Positions 31,710-43,210 of a stretch of 64,000 nt of DNA are shown here, one piece after another (position 1 is the first letter of the stretch; the number at the start of each line of letters is the position of its first letter). The notes under the pieces were generated by a model, which made no database searches, was not told where the DNA came from, and was given only the letters and a program-made list of their open reading frames with translations. The stretch lies in NCBI GenBank assembly GCA_000004985.1, contig GG738897.1, one strand, 5' to 3'. The position numbers and the translations under genes are program-made. The DNA comes from Naegleria gruberi. Lineage: Eukaryota.

Positions 31710-34478
31710 TTAGTGTTGTTCCTTTGGAAGCGCATGTCTTTTGTGTTTTTGTTTCTTTTCACTTTGATTCTTTAACTTTTTATCAATACGCTTCAAGTGT
31801 TCCACCAATTGTTGGTTAACGGCATTGTGGCTGATATTGTTTTCAACCCAAATACGTGCATTTCTACCCATCTTTTTAGATTCTTTTCTGTTGGCATAAA
31901 CTTGTCTCAATAAATGCCTCAAGTGTCTAACCTTTGGTATAACGAATTCTTGATCAGGTTTTCTCTTTTCAATATCTATTAAGTATGAATTATTATCATT
32001 CATAAATTCTAATTGACCGCCATATCTTGTACCTATTGTTGGAAGACCCATAGACATAGCCTCAGCAAATGGTAGGCCGTAACCTTCACCACGAGTGGCA
32101 AGGACAAAGCAATCCATGAGATGGTACAATTGAGGCATGACAGTTGTTGGAATAACATGTGACATAATATTGACAAATGGAAGATCATCTTTGGTCAGCT
32201 CAGGATGTTTCATCAAGAAAGCTTGACGTACTTTGTCGATTTCCATTTCTACCACCTCTTCATCTCTTCCATTAGGATGCATAAAGATGTAAGTTTGAAT
32301 ATGTAGAGTTACATCCTTTACCTTTGCAAACTCTGAAAAGTAGGCATTGAGCAAGTATTCAGGACCCTTTCTTTCCTCATACTTGAACACAGAGAAGAAA
32401 TGGTAATGGTTAGGTCTGTAATCCAATTGTTTAACAATCTTCTTCACTTGACTAACAGACAAGTATTTTGAATAGTTAGGGCTGTAAAATTCGATATCAA
32501 CAGGTTCTGGAACCACAAAAATCTTATCTGGGTCAACACCATAGGTATTAATTAGAGGATCAACAAGAAAACTACTTGGAAGCCACAATTCATCAACATA
32601 TTTCAAATTATGAATCCAAACTTCTGATAAAATTTCAGTTTCAGCCATACTTCTTCCAATCTTATATCTTGGAATACCTTCCAAATGAACCAATCCTTTG
32701 TAAGGATGTTGTTTTGGATAACGTTCAGGAGGTTTGTGTGAAATAAATATATCAATCATTGGGCTAACATATGTCTTGGAGATGAGACGATCCATAGCTT
32801 CAAATTTGAAGCTTTCTAAACCTAGACACATATCCTCTCTACCTGTGATGATTCTCAAATTAGGTACTCTTGATTCAATATCAAGATCAGTCACAAACTC
32901 CATAGTTTCAATAAACCACCCACTGCAACTTCCAGCACCAAAATCCCAAACAACAGAAAGATTTGTTTGGTTGTTAGGTCTTGATTGGCTGTTGATATTC
33001 ATTACTTCCTTCATAGTATCCTTATACTTTTTAAGGAAACCTTTACGTTGGCCTTTAGAATAGGAATTGAATGGTATAAACTTGGAAGCTGTTTTTGGGG
33101 GCTTTTCAAACTTGTTAACTGCTTCAGTTTTTTCTGGTTGTTTCTTGTTCTTATTCTTCAGAGAGTTGAAGAATGCAAAAGAATCCTGTGATGTTTCTTC
33201 CTTGGCTTCAACTTTAGGAACAGAGTAAGGTACAATCACTGAAAAATCATTATAAGTAGCATCATGATTAAATATAACTTTCTTTTCCTTTTTAAATAAT
33301 TCCAAGCATAATTGTAATTCGTTGAGGTCTCTTCCACCAAAATCATCAAGTCTTATCTCCTTAAATTCTGATTTCTTAATAAATGAACCAGCCAAACCAG
33401 TACAAAAACTGTATTGGTAAGTTTTGGAAGTTTTTGGAAGGGCAAAGTAGTTTCTTCCTCTCTTGTGATGGAATGGTGCAGGTATGTTGTCATCTCTTTT
33501 TGAGAGTCTGTAAGACATGCTATAAATGTTAAATGATACATCACTTTCACGTTTAACATCAGTATTATAGGTTGGTAATTGTGTATAAATGTCAATTGGA
33601 TAGACTGAAAGGGATCCCATCACTGCTGCATCTGTATTGCATTTCAGTAATTTCAACTTGATATCAAATATTTCATAGCTTGTTAATTCTGGTTGAAGAA
33701 TTGTAACAGAATGTGGTAAGAAGAAAATATAATCTCCACTTGATTTCTTCAATCCTGTTGTGAGTAATTCCAGTTCGTGCTTTAAATTTTCCACTTCAAC
33801 TACTTGTTTTTGAACTGATCTCAAATGGGTTGGAATTACAGCTTGTCCCTTCGTTTTGAAAACAATCCATTCTATTGAAACACTCTTATCAAATGCTTGG
33901 TTTCTAATATAATTAAAATCAGACTCCCTTAAACTTGTAGTAACCAATATACTAATCTTTGTGTTTTTCAAAGGTGTTCCTAAAGGAGTTTGACATTCAT
34001 GCAAACCACTTTTAGGAGTGTTAACTAAACTCCTTGATAATCCACTCTGATGATTTAATGTTGTGATCAAGGCCTTGTTTTCAATCACTGTTGAATGCTT
34101 TAGTTTTGAAAGTAAAATTAACATCATGAAGAATAATAAAAATCCCGATACAGCCAAAATCATTAATAACCTTCTACCACAACAACTTCCCTTCCTGACA
34201 AATCCCTCTCTTGTTGATGCAGAAGAATTCTTTTTCCTATTCAAACATGAACAAATTGATACTTTGGATTTTCTAATCGGAATTTGAGATACCGAAGAAG
34301 AACTGCTGAAGGATACTGATGGAGGTGGACCAGTAGTCGATATAGCATCCTCATCATACGCCATACTGCCCCCTTGCTGCTCACGAAGAGAAGATGAAGA
34401 ATTAGTGTGCGTCAGATTTGGATTGCTCATTGTCGAACGCATTGATGATGAAGATGCACCCTGTGGTGAGGAGTACAT
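31710..34478 (-). CDS. Type II membrane glycosyltransferase, GT-B fold (GT4/GT1-like C-terminal domain), 922 aa. Single exon.
   Basis: ATG at 34478. Ser-rich cytoplasmic N-terminus. TM 'LLMILAVSGFLLFFMMLILL'. C-terminal motif 'ATRGEGYGLPFAEAMSMGLPTIGTRYGGQLEF', a GT4-type E-x7-E region. The stop codon is only 6 bp from the stop of the convergent upstream gene. Confidence 0.6.
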   Translation of the reverse strand: MYSSPQGASSSSMRSTMSNPNLTHTNSSSSLREQQGGSMAYDEDAISTTGPPPSVSFSSSSSVSQIPIRKSKVSICSCLNRKKNSSASTREGFVRKGSCCGRRLLMILAVSGFLLFFMMLILLSKLKHSTVIENKALITTLNHQSGLSRSLVNTPKSGLHECQTPLGTPLKNTKISILVTTSLRESDFNYIRNQAFDKSVSIEWIVFKTKGQAVIPTHLRSVQKQVVEVENLKHELELLTTGLKKSSGDYIFFLPHSVTILQPELTSYEIFDIKLKLLKCNTDAAVMGSLSVYPIDIYTQLPTYNTDVKRESDVSFNIYSMSYRLSKRDDNIPAPFHHKRGRNYFALPKTSKTYQYSFCTGLAGSFIKKSEFKEIRLDDFGGRDLNELQLCLELFKKEKKVIFNHDATYNDFSVIVPYSVPKVEAKEETSQDSFAFFNSLKNKNKKQPEKTEAVNKFEKPPKTASKFIPFNSYSKGQRKGFLKKYKDTMKEVMNINSQSRPNNQTNLSVVWDFGAGSCSGWFIETMEFVTDLDIESRVPNLRIITGREDMCLGLESFKFEAMDRLISKTYVSPMIDIFISHKPPERYPKQHPYKGLVHLEGIPRYKIGRSMAETEILSEVWIHNLKYVDELWLPSSFLVDPLINTYGVDPDKIFVVPEPVDIEFYSPNYSKYLSVSQVKKIVKQLDYRPNHYHFFSVFKYEERKGPEYLLNAYFSEFAKVKDVTLHIQTYIFMHPNGRDEEVVEMEIDKVRQAFLMKHPELTKDDLPFVNIMSHVIPTTVMPQLYHLMDCFVLATRGEGYGLPFAEAMSMGLPTIGTRYGGQLEFMNDNNSYLIDIEKRKPDQEFVIPKVRHLRHLLRQVYANRKESKKMGRNARIWVENNISHNAVNQQLVEHLKRIDKKLKNQSEKKQKHKRHALPKEQH

Positions 34479-34821
34479 TTTTTACTTTGAAAAAATCTGG
34501 ATCATCTTTTGAGGAACGGAAAGGGAAAGGATTGAGCTCTGATCTTTGTTCATGAGCCTCTAGTGGAGAGTTAATTTCTCAAGGTAATTATCTCTTCTTA
34601 ACCGGTAAGAAAGTGTGTAACACACTCAATATCAGTCAGTGTTGGCGCCAATTTTTCCTTAATTCTTTTTAAAAAAAAATAACCGAAGAAGGTTGATAGT
34701 AGAATAGAAAACATTCTTCTTGTATTATATCTAGTATCTTTTGAATATTATTATTGTGTTCACATTTGATGCTCAACAAGAATTAGTATTGGCTTCATCA
34801 GTGTCAACAATATCAGTCTGA

Positions 34822-37395
34822 ATGCTGAATAATAAATCCATTCAAGATGAAAAGGGGTTACAAGCTGCCTTAGATAAAAAGAGTCTTCATCAACAAACTA
34901 CTCTTTTCCCTCCGTCATGTTCATCAGAGTCTCTGGATCAATCACCAAATATCCTTCCCTATATTGCCAGGATTTTCGATAATGAAACTATTCAAGAACA
35001 CAAAAGTTATTTAAAATCGAAAGAGGATGTCTATAATCAATTTCTGGCTCCTTATACCGAATCAACAACATCATCAACCCATGCGTCACCTATTTTAGCA
35101 TATAATCAGTTTGAGGATGCTCCGATCTTTGAGGAACCATTACCACCAGAGAACAAGGAAGTCAAAATGCCTCTCCTATTAAAATCCCAGAAAGAGAATG
35201 TCTTTAATTCATCTTTCAAATTTGCAAGTGAGGAAGAAGAAGCAAAGTACTTGGATATGGTGGAAGTAATGACTGAGTATACAGACAGTGATTTCCTCAA
35301 TTCAACATCCTCATCCATTTCCTCAATACGATCTATCTCTTCCATTAAATCCTTGCCAACCAACAATGAAAAAGGAACTATGAAATTTGATGACCCTAAA
35401 AGACCTCTTCTCCAAAAACACAACCATCAGCAACAGCTTATAACAAAAAAGACAGAAAAGAAAAAGAATAATGATACAAGACCTCCTTTCCTTCCTACCT
35501 CAAAGAATGTGACAACTGATGTTCTACCACCTCCACCACCTCCTCCAAAAAAGCTTTACAGCAATATTTCCTCAAAGATCTCTCAAATTTTCAAAAATAC
35601 TCAAAAGAAGTCAAAAAATGATTCTCCCTCCAACTCTTCAGAAAGTGAAGAGTCTCTGCTATTAGTACCTTCAAAAACAAGATCTGTTTCCCCTTCTTCC
35701 TTAAATACCTCCCCTCCAGCAGCACCTGCTAATACAGCGACTAACTTGAAAAAAGTTGTAACCAACGTGAAAAACACCAACTCTGAAAAAACTCAAACGA
35801 CTCACGCTTATCTTAAGAGAAAGAGCATTTCGTTTGTGATATCATCAGCAACTACTTCCAAATCCACAAAGCAATCAACCCCACCAGAGAGATTAACCAA
35901 ACTTAAGGCTGGTCCACGAAAGCAATTACAGAAGAGTGATACCTCTCCAACATTGCTTAAAGAACCTCCAGCATCTTCGCTCAGATCTTCATCTTCCCTC
36001 ATTAGTTCATTCGTAGCTGAATTCAATGAAAGAAAAAAGAAAGTGGAGTTTGTTGCTGGCTCAAACTCTATTGCGACACTGCATGCCATTGAAAGAAAAA
36101 TCAAAGAAAAGTTCCAGATTGATCGAAAGCAAAAGATTGGTTTGAGCTACTTTGACAGGGAGTATAAACAGTGGCTAGAGGTTGATAACATAAAGGAACT
36201 TCAAGGTGCTAAGGTTAAAGTAAGCATTACAGAGGAAAAGAGCGAACCATCTTCAATATCTAGATCAGATTCATCAGCAGGTACTGACAGTCCAAAATCT
36301 CCATTCCGAGACACGTTTGAAATTTCTAAAGGTTGGATTATTATCAAGACATTAGGTGTTGGCAGCTTCGGTAATGTTATGCTTTGTTTTGATTCGAATG
36401 CTAATGAAATGATGGCTGTCAAGAAGATCCTTTACTCAGCAGAGAGTCAAGTCAAGCAAAAGATTGAAAAGGAAACAACTATTATGAAGAGCTTGAATCA
36501 TGAAAATATTGTTCGTTTTAAAGGAGTTGAATTTTCAAATGACTTTTGCTTCATTTTGATGGAGTTCCTTAGTGGTGGTTCCTTGAAACAAGTTCTCAAG
36601 AGAATGAACAAAGGATTATCAGAAGCTGTAGTCCAGTTATACTTGAAACAAATTTTGGTTGCACTGAAATACCTTCATGAGGATAGGGACGAGCCAATCT
36701 ATCACAGAGATCTCAAAAGTGAGAACATCTTACTCAAGAATGCAGAAATCATCAAATTGGCTGACTTTGGAGAAGCCAAATTAATTTGTAAAAATAGCCA
36801 CTTAGATAAATCAAGACAAGATGGATCCCTCACCAAGACTAAAGCAATGACGGGAACAATACCTTTCCTTAGTATTGAACAATTGAGAGGAGAAACTTGT
36901 TATAAGAGAAGCCATATGCCAGACATTTGGAGTTTGGGAATGACCATTCTCGAAATGTTAATAGGAAGAAATATTTGGTTCTCTTTATATCCAGCCAATC
37001 TTACCACAGAATATCAATATGTAGAATTTATGATTAACAATACGCATTTAATTTATGAAAACATTCCGTCTTACATATCTCCTCAATTGAGAGATTTAAT
37101 AACGAAATGCCTTTCTCTGTAAGTAATTTTCTGTCAATTTATCCTAACCAAATACAGAACCCCTGAACAGAGGCCTAAAGCTTCTGAACTACTCCGCCAT
37201 GAATTCTTTGAGCTCGACTTTTCAAAGAATATCAAGAATGACATGTGTGATATTTATAAGCAATTAGACACGATAAGAGAAGAATATCACAAGTTACACC
37301 TTGCCAGATTGCCAACTTACAAGTCTCTAAACAAGGAGAATGAAAACATTGTAAACATGAGCTCTCTATCTTATTCACAGTCATTTTTTGAATAA
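34822..37395 (+). CDS. Ser/Thr protein kinase (STE/MAP3K-like) with Ser-rich N-terminal region and a PB1/ubiquitin-like segment. Two exons: 34822-37118 and 37158-37395.
   Basis: ATG at 34822. Kinase motifs 'LGVGSFGNV', 'MAVKKI', 'HRDLKSENILL', 'ADFGEAK', 'DIWSLGMTILEML'. Intron GTAAGT (37119) ... cAG (37157), 39 nt. It restores the conserved C-terminal '...TPEQRPKASELLRHEFF'. Confidence 0.7.
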
Positions 37396-37652
37396 ATAGT
37401 TAGAGCTTTATTTACATTATAGGGATCTATGTTTAGTATTTTGAGTGTTAATTAAAGAGCTTGGATTTTCTCTCTCTTTGATTTCGTTTTTGCATTCATC
37501 ATTCTTTGTTAGATTAGTGAGTAGTGCAGTAGCATTTTTAGAAACTCTCTTGTTTGAATGCTGTGCTAGAGGCATTAGTGAGGGAATAGCATCCATTTTG
37601 AGTATTAAATTTTGTGCATTCATGTTGAGCGAAATATTGTACAGGCATGCTG

Positions 37653-38969
37653 TCAGATATTCTTTGGATTTGATGTTGACACCTGCTTCAGAGTGATCAA
37701 ATCAAGCAATTCTGTTACAATACCAATCTCAAGGAGTGCCTTCTCTCCTTCCTTAATTTCAGAACAGATACATGAGATCATGATTGAAAAATCCAAGCAC
37801 TTTCTGTAGGTGCTTTCTTCTTGATAAATTGGAATTGATAGAATCTCCGTTTCAAGGAGTTTATACACCTGAATGAGTCCATTTCTGTCATTGACAAAGT
37901 ATTCAACCATACTTTCTTCTTTAGTGAGTAAGGTAACCAGACATGAAAGAACCTTTTCCACGCTCTTTATGTCTTTTTCCTTCAATACGCTTTCAAGTAA
38001 TTTGGAGAGAGAAGAAAGAGTTTTGTTAGAAATGCATGAAGCCAAATAATCATTTTGTGAAATGTTCCAAACTGCTGTCGATGCACCAGTTGCCTTCTTT
38101 AAATCTTCACAATTTACCAACTCGATCATTTCTTCGATACATTCCTTAAGGTCATCAGTCAACTCATCAACATGCTCCATAACCATTGACATGCATACAA
38201 GACAATTTCCAGCATCTTCACCTTCCAAACTTGACAGCGCTTCTCCAAGCGCTGGTAAAATATTTGCATTCATGAGTTTTCGAGTAATTTCTTCATCTCT
38301 TTCCACACAAATATTCCAAACACAATTCAATGAGAGCGAAACGATATTAGAATGGAGAGAGTTGAGACCACAAGCTATGGCACTGAACATTTCTTCATTG
38401 TCTCTGATGGATTCAGCTCGATCCATAATGAGATTGGAAATGAGACTAATTGAATTAGTTTGAGCTTCTGTAGAAAGATCGTTTTCAAGTGCTTGACCAA
38501 GAATCTTGAAGATGTTTGAATACTTGATAAAATCTTCTCTGCTCTTTTCATCCTGAACAAGATTGAGTAAGGCACCAGTTGCATACTCAACTGCTAAAGT
38601 TTCGTCTACTTTCTTCTTCAATAAACGACAAACTTCTGAAACACCACCCTGTGCAACTATTTCTTCTCTACATTCATCATTATTAGAAACGTTCAATAGA
38701 ATGCCACATATTCTTGGATCCAAACTATCATGTAGCAACTCTAACAATGTGGAAATACCTCCCATTTCTAATAATTCTTCTGCAGTTTCGTCCTCAGTTG
38801 AGAGTGAGAAAATAATGCCAATTACTTTCTTCCATGCAGCTGTCTGTGAGTTCCCTGTTGATAGTTTCTTCTTCAATTCTTTCAAACTCTCTTCAAGAGA
38901 ACCTACAAAATTTGGACGAAACCATTTTAGAAACCAAAGGAACGAATCATTAACGTTGTAATAGGACAT
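37653..38969 (-). CDS. Armadillo/HEAT-type repeat protein, 438 aa.
   Basis: ATG at 38969. Repeated roughly 40-residue helical units with ARM-like 'LLNLV...', 'ALGEALSSL' and 'VWNIS' patterns. Function not assignable. Confidence 0.5.
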   Translation of the reverse strand: MSYYNVNDSFLWFLKWFRPNFVGSLEESLKELKKKLSTGNSQTAAWKKVIGIIFSLSTEDETAEELLEMGGISTLLELLHDSLDPRICGILLNVSNNDECREEIVAQGGVSEVCRLLKKKVDETLAVEYATGALLNLVQDEKSREDFIKYSNIFKILGQALENDLSTEAQTNSISLISNLIMDRAESIRDNEEMFSAIACGLNSLHSNIVSLSLNCVWNICVERDEEITRKLMNANILPALGEALSSLEGEDAGNCLVCMSMVMEHVDELTDDLKECIEEMIELVNCEDLKKATGASTAVWNISQNDYLASCISNKTLSSLSKLLESVLKEKDIKSVEKVLSCLVTLLTKEESMVEYFVNDRNGLIQVYKLLETEILSIPIYQEESTYRKCLDFSIMISCICSEIKEGEKALLEIGIVTELLDLITLKQVSTSNPKNI

Positions 38970-40026
38970 TTAAAGATTAATAATAAAACACTTACTGTGA
39001 TGATTTAAACTCATTCTTTTGTTTTTTTCTGAATTGTCTTTCACACTTCAGTTTTGACCAACGAACAAGAATGAGAAAATTTGGTGTGACCATGTCAACC
39101 CAAAGTAGTAGATAATAACACTTCCTAAAATTGATGACTAGCGATAAAAGGCCATAAATACTTGTTAATGCCTTGATGATTAGTTACAATTCTTACTATT
39201 TAGTATCCTGAAGGTGTTTTTTGATAGTATTATTCAATAATTTGCATTGACCATATCGAGATAAATGGTAACAATGAGGAAATGCTGAATGGCATCCCAA
39301 AACGAGAATCAACAGAAACAGTCACACACTCCTATTGATAAGCACAACAGAGAGAGTTTGTGAATGACAAAACCACCCAGGTATAATCTTCCATCATTTC
39401 AAACAATAGCTTTTTTCATACAGCAAGATTACTCTATTCATCAATAGTGATCAATGAGATTCTGCTCTCGGTCTCATCTGATTGAACATTACATATTTCC
39501 TTGAAAAACCACCTTCTGATCCAACAAAATATTTAAGATTTTTCACAAAGATCACTCCTGAAAACTGTCTGTATCTACAACTGCTCTCAATTCAACTCCT
39601 AACATCTTTAAGGTGAAGGCAAAACCTATCCTCAATGAGTTGGAATTTTAAACAACTTTTGTTTAAAGAGAAGTTTTAGAACTTGTATCATGTATGAAGA
39701 TGTCATCCAATAGTGAGATTGCTATCTTTAACAACATTCATATAGTCAACTGCCTCAACCTTTGCAAAAATTGAAAACAACCCTTTCAAACTTCCTTACT
39801 CCAATTAATCAGGAGCTGTAGATGAATATTAACCTAATACCTTGCAAAATGGAAACGGAAATTTATCTTTATAATAATTGAAGCTTCATGTCGTCGTGGC
39901 ACATATTTACTTTCCTACTCCTCATCAAAGATGTCTTCGTATTGTTGTGAACAGCACAATATCTTCATCACAAGAAGACAGTGGGAATAATTTGTTATTT
40001 ATCGCTCCTTCTCAAAAGCACAAAAA

Positions 40027-41142
40027 ATGTCCCAACAAGAGAATACTCCATCATCACAAGAAAACACAACCAAGACAATATGGTTGGATGGTTGTTTTGA
40101 TATGATGCACTTTGGTCATGCCAATGTTATTAGACAAGCTTATAATTTATTCCCAAATGTTAAACTTCTTGTTGGTGTTCACTCCGATGAAGAAATTTTG
40201 AGACACAAAGGTCCAACTATTATGAAGGCTAATGAACGTTATGAACACGTTAGAAGTTGTAAATGGGTTGATGGTGTTATTGAAGATGCTCCATACGTAA
40301 CCGATCTTGAAATGTTAAAAAAGTATAATGTTGATTATTGTGTCCATGGTGATGACATTTCCTTTGATGAAAATGGAGAAGATTCATACAAGGCTATTAG
40401 ACAAGCTGGTTTGATGATGATTGTACCAAGAACTGAAGGTGTTAGTACAACTGATATTATCGGAAGAATGTTAAAACTTTCAAAATATAGAGAATTAGTT
40501 GCTCAAGGAATTGACCCAAGTGGCATTGAAGAATTAAAGCCACAAAGTGAAGTTGATCAAACTTGCATTTCTCCATACACTCGTACTAGACAACATTATC
40601 CATCAGTTAACCAAATTAATCAATTTGCTGCCAAGACTTCTCCACCTCCACCAGGTGCCAAGATTGTCTATGTTGATGGTGCTTTTGATATGTTCCACAC
40701 TGGTCACATTGAATTTTTGAAGGCTGCTAAAAAGCTTGGTGATTACCTCATTGTTGGTTTGCATGAAGATAAGGTCATTTCACAATTTAAGGGCCCACAT
40801 CACCCAATTATGAATATTCATGAAAGATTATTGAGTGTATTGTCTTGTAGATATGTTGATGATGTCATTATTGGAGCTCCATTCATTGTCACACAAGATT
40901 TGGTTGATGTTATGAAGATTAATATTGTAGTTTCTGGAACTGTTTTGGAACCTGAAGTTAAGGTTGATCCATATGAATTGCCAAAGAAGCTTGGTATTTA
41001 TCATCAAATTGAATCACCATGTAAAGAATTGACCACAACAAATATTATTAACAGAATTATTGATAATGCTAAGAGATATGAAGAAAGAAATGCTAAGAAG
41101 CAAGCTAAGGAAGTTCAAGGTATTGCCAATTTGAACAATTAA
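40027..41142 (+). CDS. Ethanolamine-phosphate cytidylyltransferase (ECT/PCYT2-like) with tandem cytidylyltransferase domains. Single exon.
   Basis: ATG at 40027. Two HxGH motifs ('CFDMMHFGHANVIRQA' and 'GAFDMFHTGHIEFLKAA'), each followed by a CTP-transferase core ('VGVHSDEEI...KGP', 'VGLHEDKVI...KGP'). Confidence 0.85.
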   Translation: MSQQENTPSSQENTTKTIWLDGCFDMMHFGHANVIRQAYNLFPNVKLLVGVHSDEEILRHKGPTIMKANERYEHVRSCKWVDGVIEDAPYVTDLEMLKKYNVDYCVHGDDISFDENGEDSYKAIRQAGLMMIVPRTEGVSTTDIIGRMLKLSKYRELVAQGIDPSGIEELKPQSEVDQTCISPYTRTRQHYPSVNQINQFAAKTSPPPPGAKIVYVDGAFDMFHTGHIEFLKAAKKLGDYLIVGLHEDKVISQFKGPHHPIMNIHERLLSVLSCRYVDDVIIGAPFIVTQDLVDVMKINIVVSGTVLEPEVKVDPYELPKKLGIYHQIESPCKELTTTNIINRIIDNAKRYEERNAKKQAKEVQGIANLNN

Positions 41143-41292
41143 ATTGTATAATAAATTATTTATTTTAATAACATGCACAAGCACTTTGAAATTACAGAAC
41201 TTCAATACTATCCTAATTTATGGTACTAATTGAAACCTGAAGATTAAATGTAAATCCATTTGGCGCCAAATAATAATTAAAAAAAAGTAAAA

Positions 41293-41787
41293 ATGTCTGA
41301 TCAAGGTCCACCACAAGGAACTCAAGAATTAACTGTCTTTGTCCAAAATTTGCTCCACCAAATGGTAAGAAGATCTAGAAAATTTGTGATGATAGAGTAA
41401 TAATAATTAACGGATTTTGTTTTTTCGGAAAATTAATTTTGTGTGGATTGTATTATCAATGATTCATCAAACTATTATTTTGGATTGTTATGATTTGGAA
41501 AATAATTACTGGATAAATGATAAATAGCAAAAAAGATTCCAAGATATGTCTGATACCATTATAAAGAGGAGTATGTTTAAATTATTGTTGAATATTAATT
41601 AAACTAAATAATAATAACTAGTCGATGAAATGGGAACAAGAATCGATGACTTGGAAAAGAGTATTTCAGATCTCATGGAACAAGCCGGTAGTAAGTATTA
41701 TCACATCACACAAATATTAACAAGCACCAAGTCCCTGATGAACAACAAGGAAAGGACTCTTCCACAGATTCATCCACCAACAAATAA
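41293..41787 (+). CDS. Heat shock factor binding protein 1 (HSBP1) homologue. Four small exons: 41293-41364, 41528-41570, 41622-41690, 41732-41787. The last junction is uncertain.
   Basis: Spliced product '[61 protein letters not shown]...'. It aligns along its length with metazoan HSBP1 ('...[42 protein letters not shown]'). Donors GTAAGA, GTATGT, GTAAGT. All three junctions are phase-consistent. Confidence 0.6.
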
Positions 41788-41987
41788 AGATCTCATCTTC
41801 AATTGTATTCAATCTTCATTCTAATCAATGAATGAAGGTTACCTCGTAATGTGCCTCTTTGAAGGACTTTCATCTCCTTCTCTTTTCCGTAGCCTTTTTA
41901 AAAAAATCAACAACAATATCTTGCGTCTTTGTCGGTGCTGATTTTCTCTTGTACTATAAATATCAAATTATTTGGAAAATCATCACA

Positions 41988-43154
41988 ATGATCATTACAT
42001 ATCGAAAGCACTCTAAACCGAACAAGATACAACATGTTTTCTCTCTGGTGGTATTTATGATGGTTTTATCAATGATGTCAATAGTGGTTTCATCTCTTCC
42101 TCTTCTTTCAAAAACAAGAGCTTTACCGGATTTTATTCCTCTCAACTTTAAATCGAGTTATCACTTGGATAATGTTGTACATAGCAAACCTATTTATTTT
42201 GAGTTGGCTCTTTCGCCCAATGAAACTTATCAAGGATTTTCAATTTCAATTTTATGTGATGGTGGAAATGGATGTAGTAATACTTATACTAGCTTGAATG
42301 TGAGTCTTGATCCATACTTGTTATTGGATGGGAAGTCAATGTGGCCATATAATGAATCAACAATTTATCCAGGTTTGACCATTACACAATTCTCAAATCC
42401 TCCATTCAAATCTGGAGTCACCTATTACATTGCATATGCCAGTTCTTCTGATATACCAAGTGCAAGTGTTGCATGTCAATCATTCCCTTCAAATCCTCGT
42501 CAATTAATGATGAATTCAAAGGAAACACTGGTTTCAATCAAGAGAAAAAATCAAAAAAATCTATTTGATTTTTCAGTGTTCGTTCCAATTGCTCACAATA
42601 ATCAAGTTGATGAATTAACAGAACATTACAAATCTCAAGAAAAGGCATTTACCTTATTCAAATCATCTCTCTCACATGTTGCTAATGGAGATTTTTCATT
42701 TGTAAGAAAGAATATTCACCCAAAGCACTACTCATCAGATCACTTAAAACTCAAACACACAGACTTTTGTCGTTCGTTTGAATATAAGGTTTATGAGGAT
42801 CATTCACCTTGGAGAAATATTTGGTCAAAGAAGGAAACAGCTCCACAATCAACAGAATATTTAAAGAAATTCTTCTTGGAAAATCAAGATAAGATGCATT
42901 TAATTTTCGATTCAAGTAACCATAAGGATTTCTGCTCTCTTATTCAAGATGTTCCATTTGGTATTTTCAACTACAGAGCCAATTTCTCTGATAAGAAATC
43001 TGTAACCTTATTTGTAACAATATCTGTAGATGGAGTTGTGGAATATGTCCACTATCCACTGGTTATTACTCCAACAAATGATACTCTCTTTAGCAAGTTC
43101 TCTGATTTCACTCACAGAGTACTTTCCAATATATCAAACTATCTGTTGCACTAA
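41988..43154 (+). CDS. Hypothetical single-pass membrane or secreted protein, about 389 aa.
   Basis: ATG at 41988; the track ORF starts at TTG 41859. Hydrophobic signal/anchor 'VFSLVVFMMVLSMMSIVVSSLPLL' followed by a hydrophilic Cys-containing domain. Confidence 0.4.
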   Translation: MIITYRKHSKPNKIQHVFSLVVFMMVLSMMSIVVSSLPLLSKTRALPDFIPLNFKSSYHLDNVVHSKPIYFELALSPNETYQGFSISILCDGGNGCSNTYTSLNVSLDPYLLLDGKSMWPYNESTIYPGLTITQFSNPPFKSGVTYYIAYASSSDIPSASVACQSFPSNPRQLMMNSKETLVSIKRKNQKNLFDFSVFVPIAHNNQVDELTEHYKSQEKAFTLFKSSLSHVANGDFSFVRKNIHPKHYSSDHLKLKHTDFCRSFEYKVYEDHSPWRNIWSKKETAPQSTEYLKKFFLENQDKMHLIFDSSNHKDFCSLIQDVPFGIFNYRANFSDKKSVTLFVTISVDGVVEYVHYPLVITPTNDTLFSKFSDFTHRVLSNISNYLLH

Positions 43155-43210
43155 AACAAGTTGGTGATCATAATCACCCAGTTATAGCAACGAGTTCAGA
43201 TAAATAAATT

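Noticed and set aside
41630-41824. Track ORF 41630..41824 read as a single 64-aa protein.
   Set aside because: Its N-terminal half is HSBP1 exon 3. Reading through the GTAAGT at 41691 gives a non-conserved tail. The spliced model fits HSBP1 homologues better.
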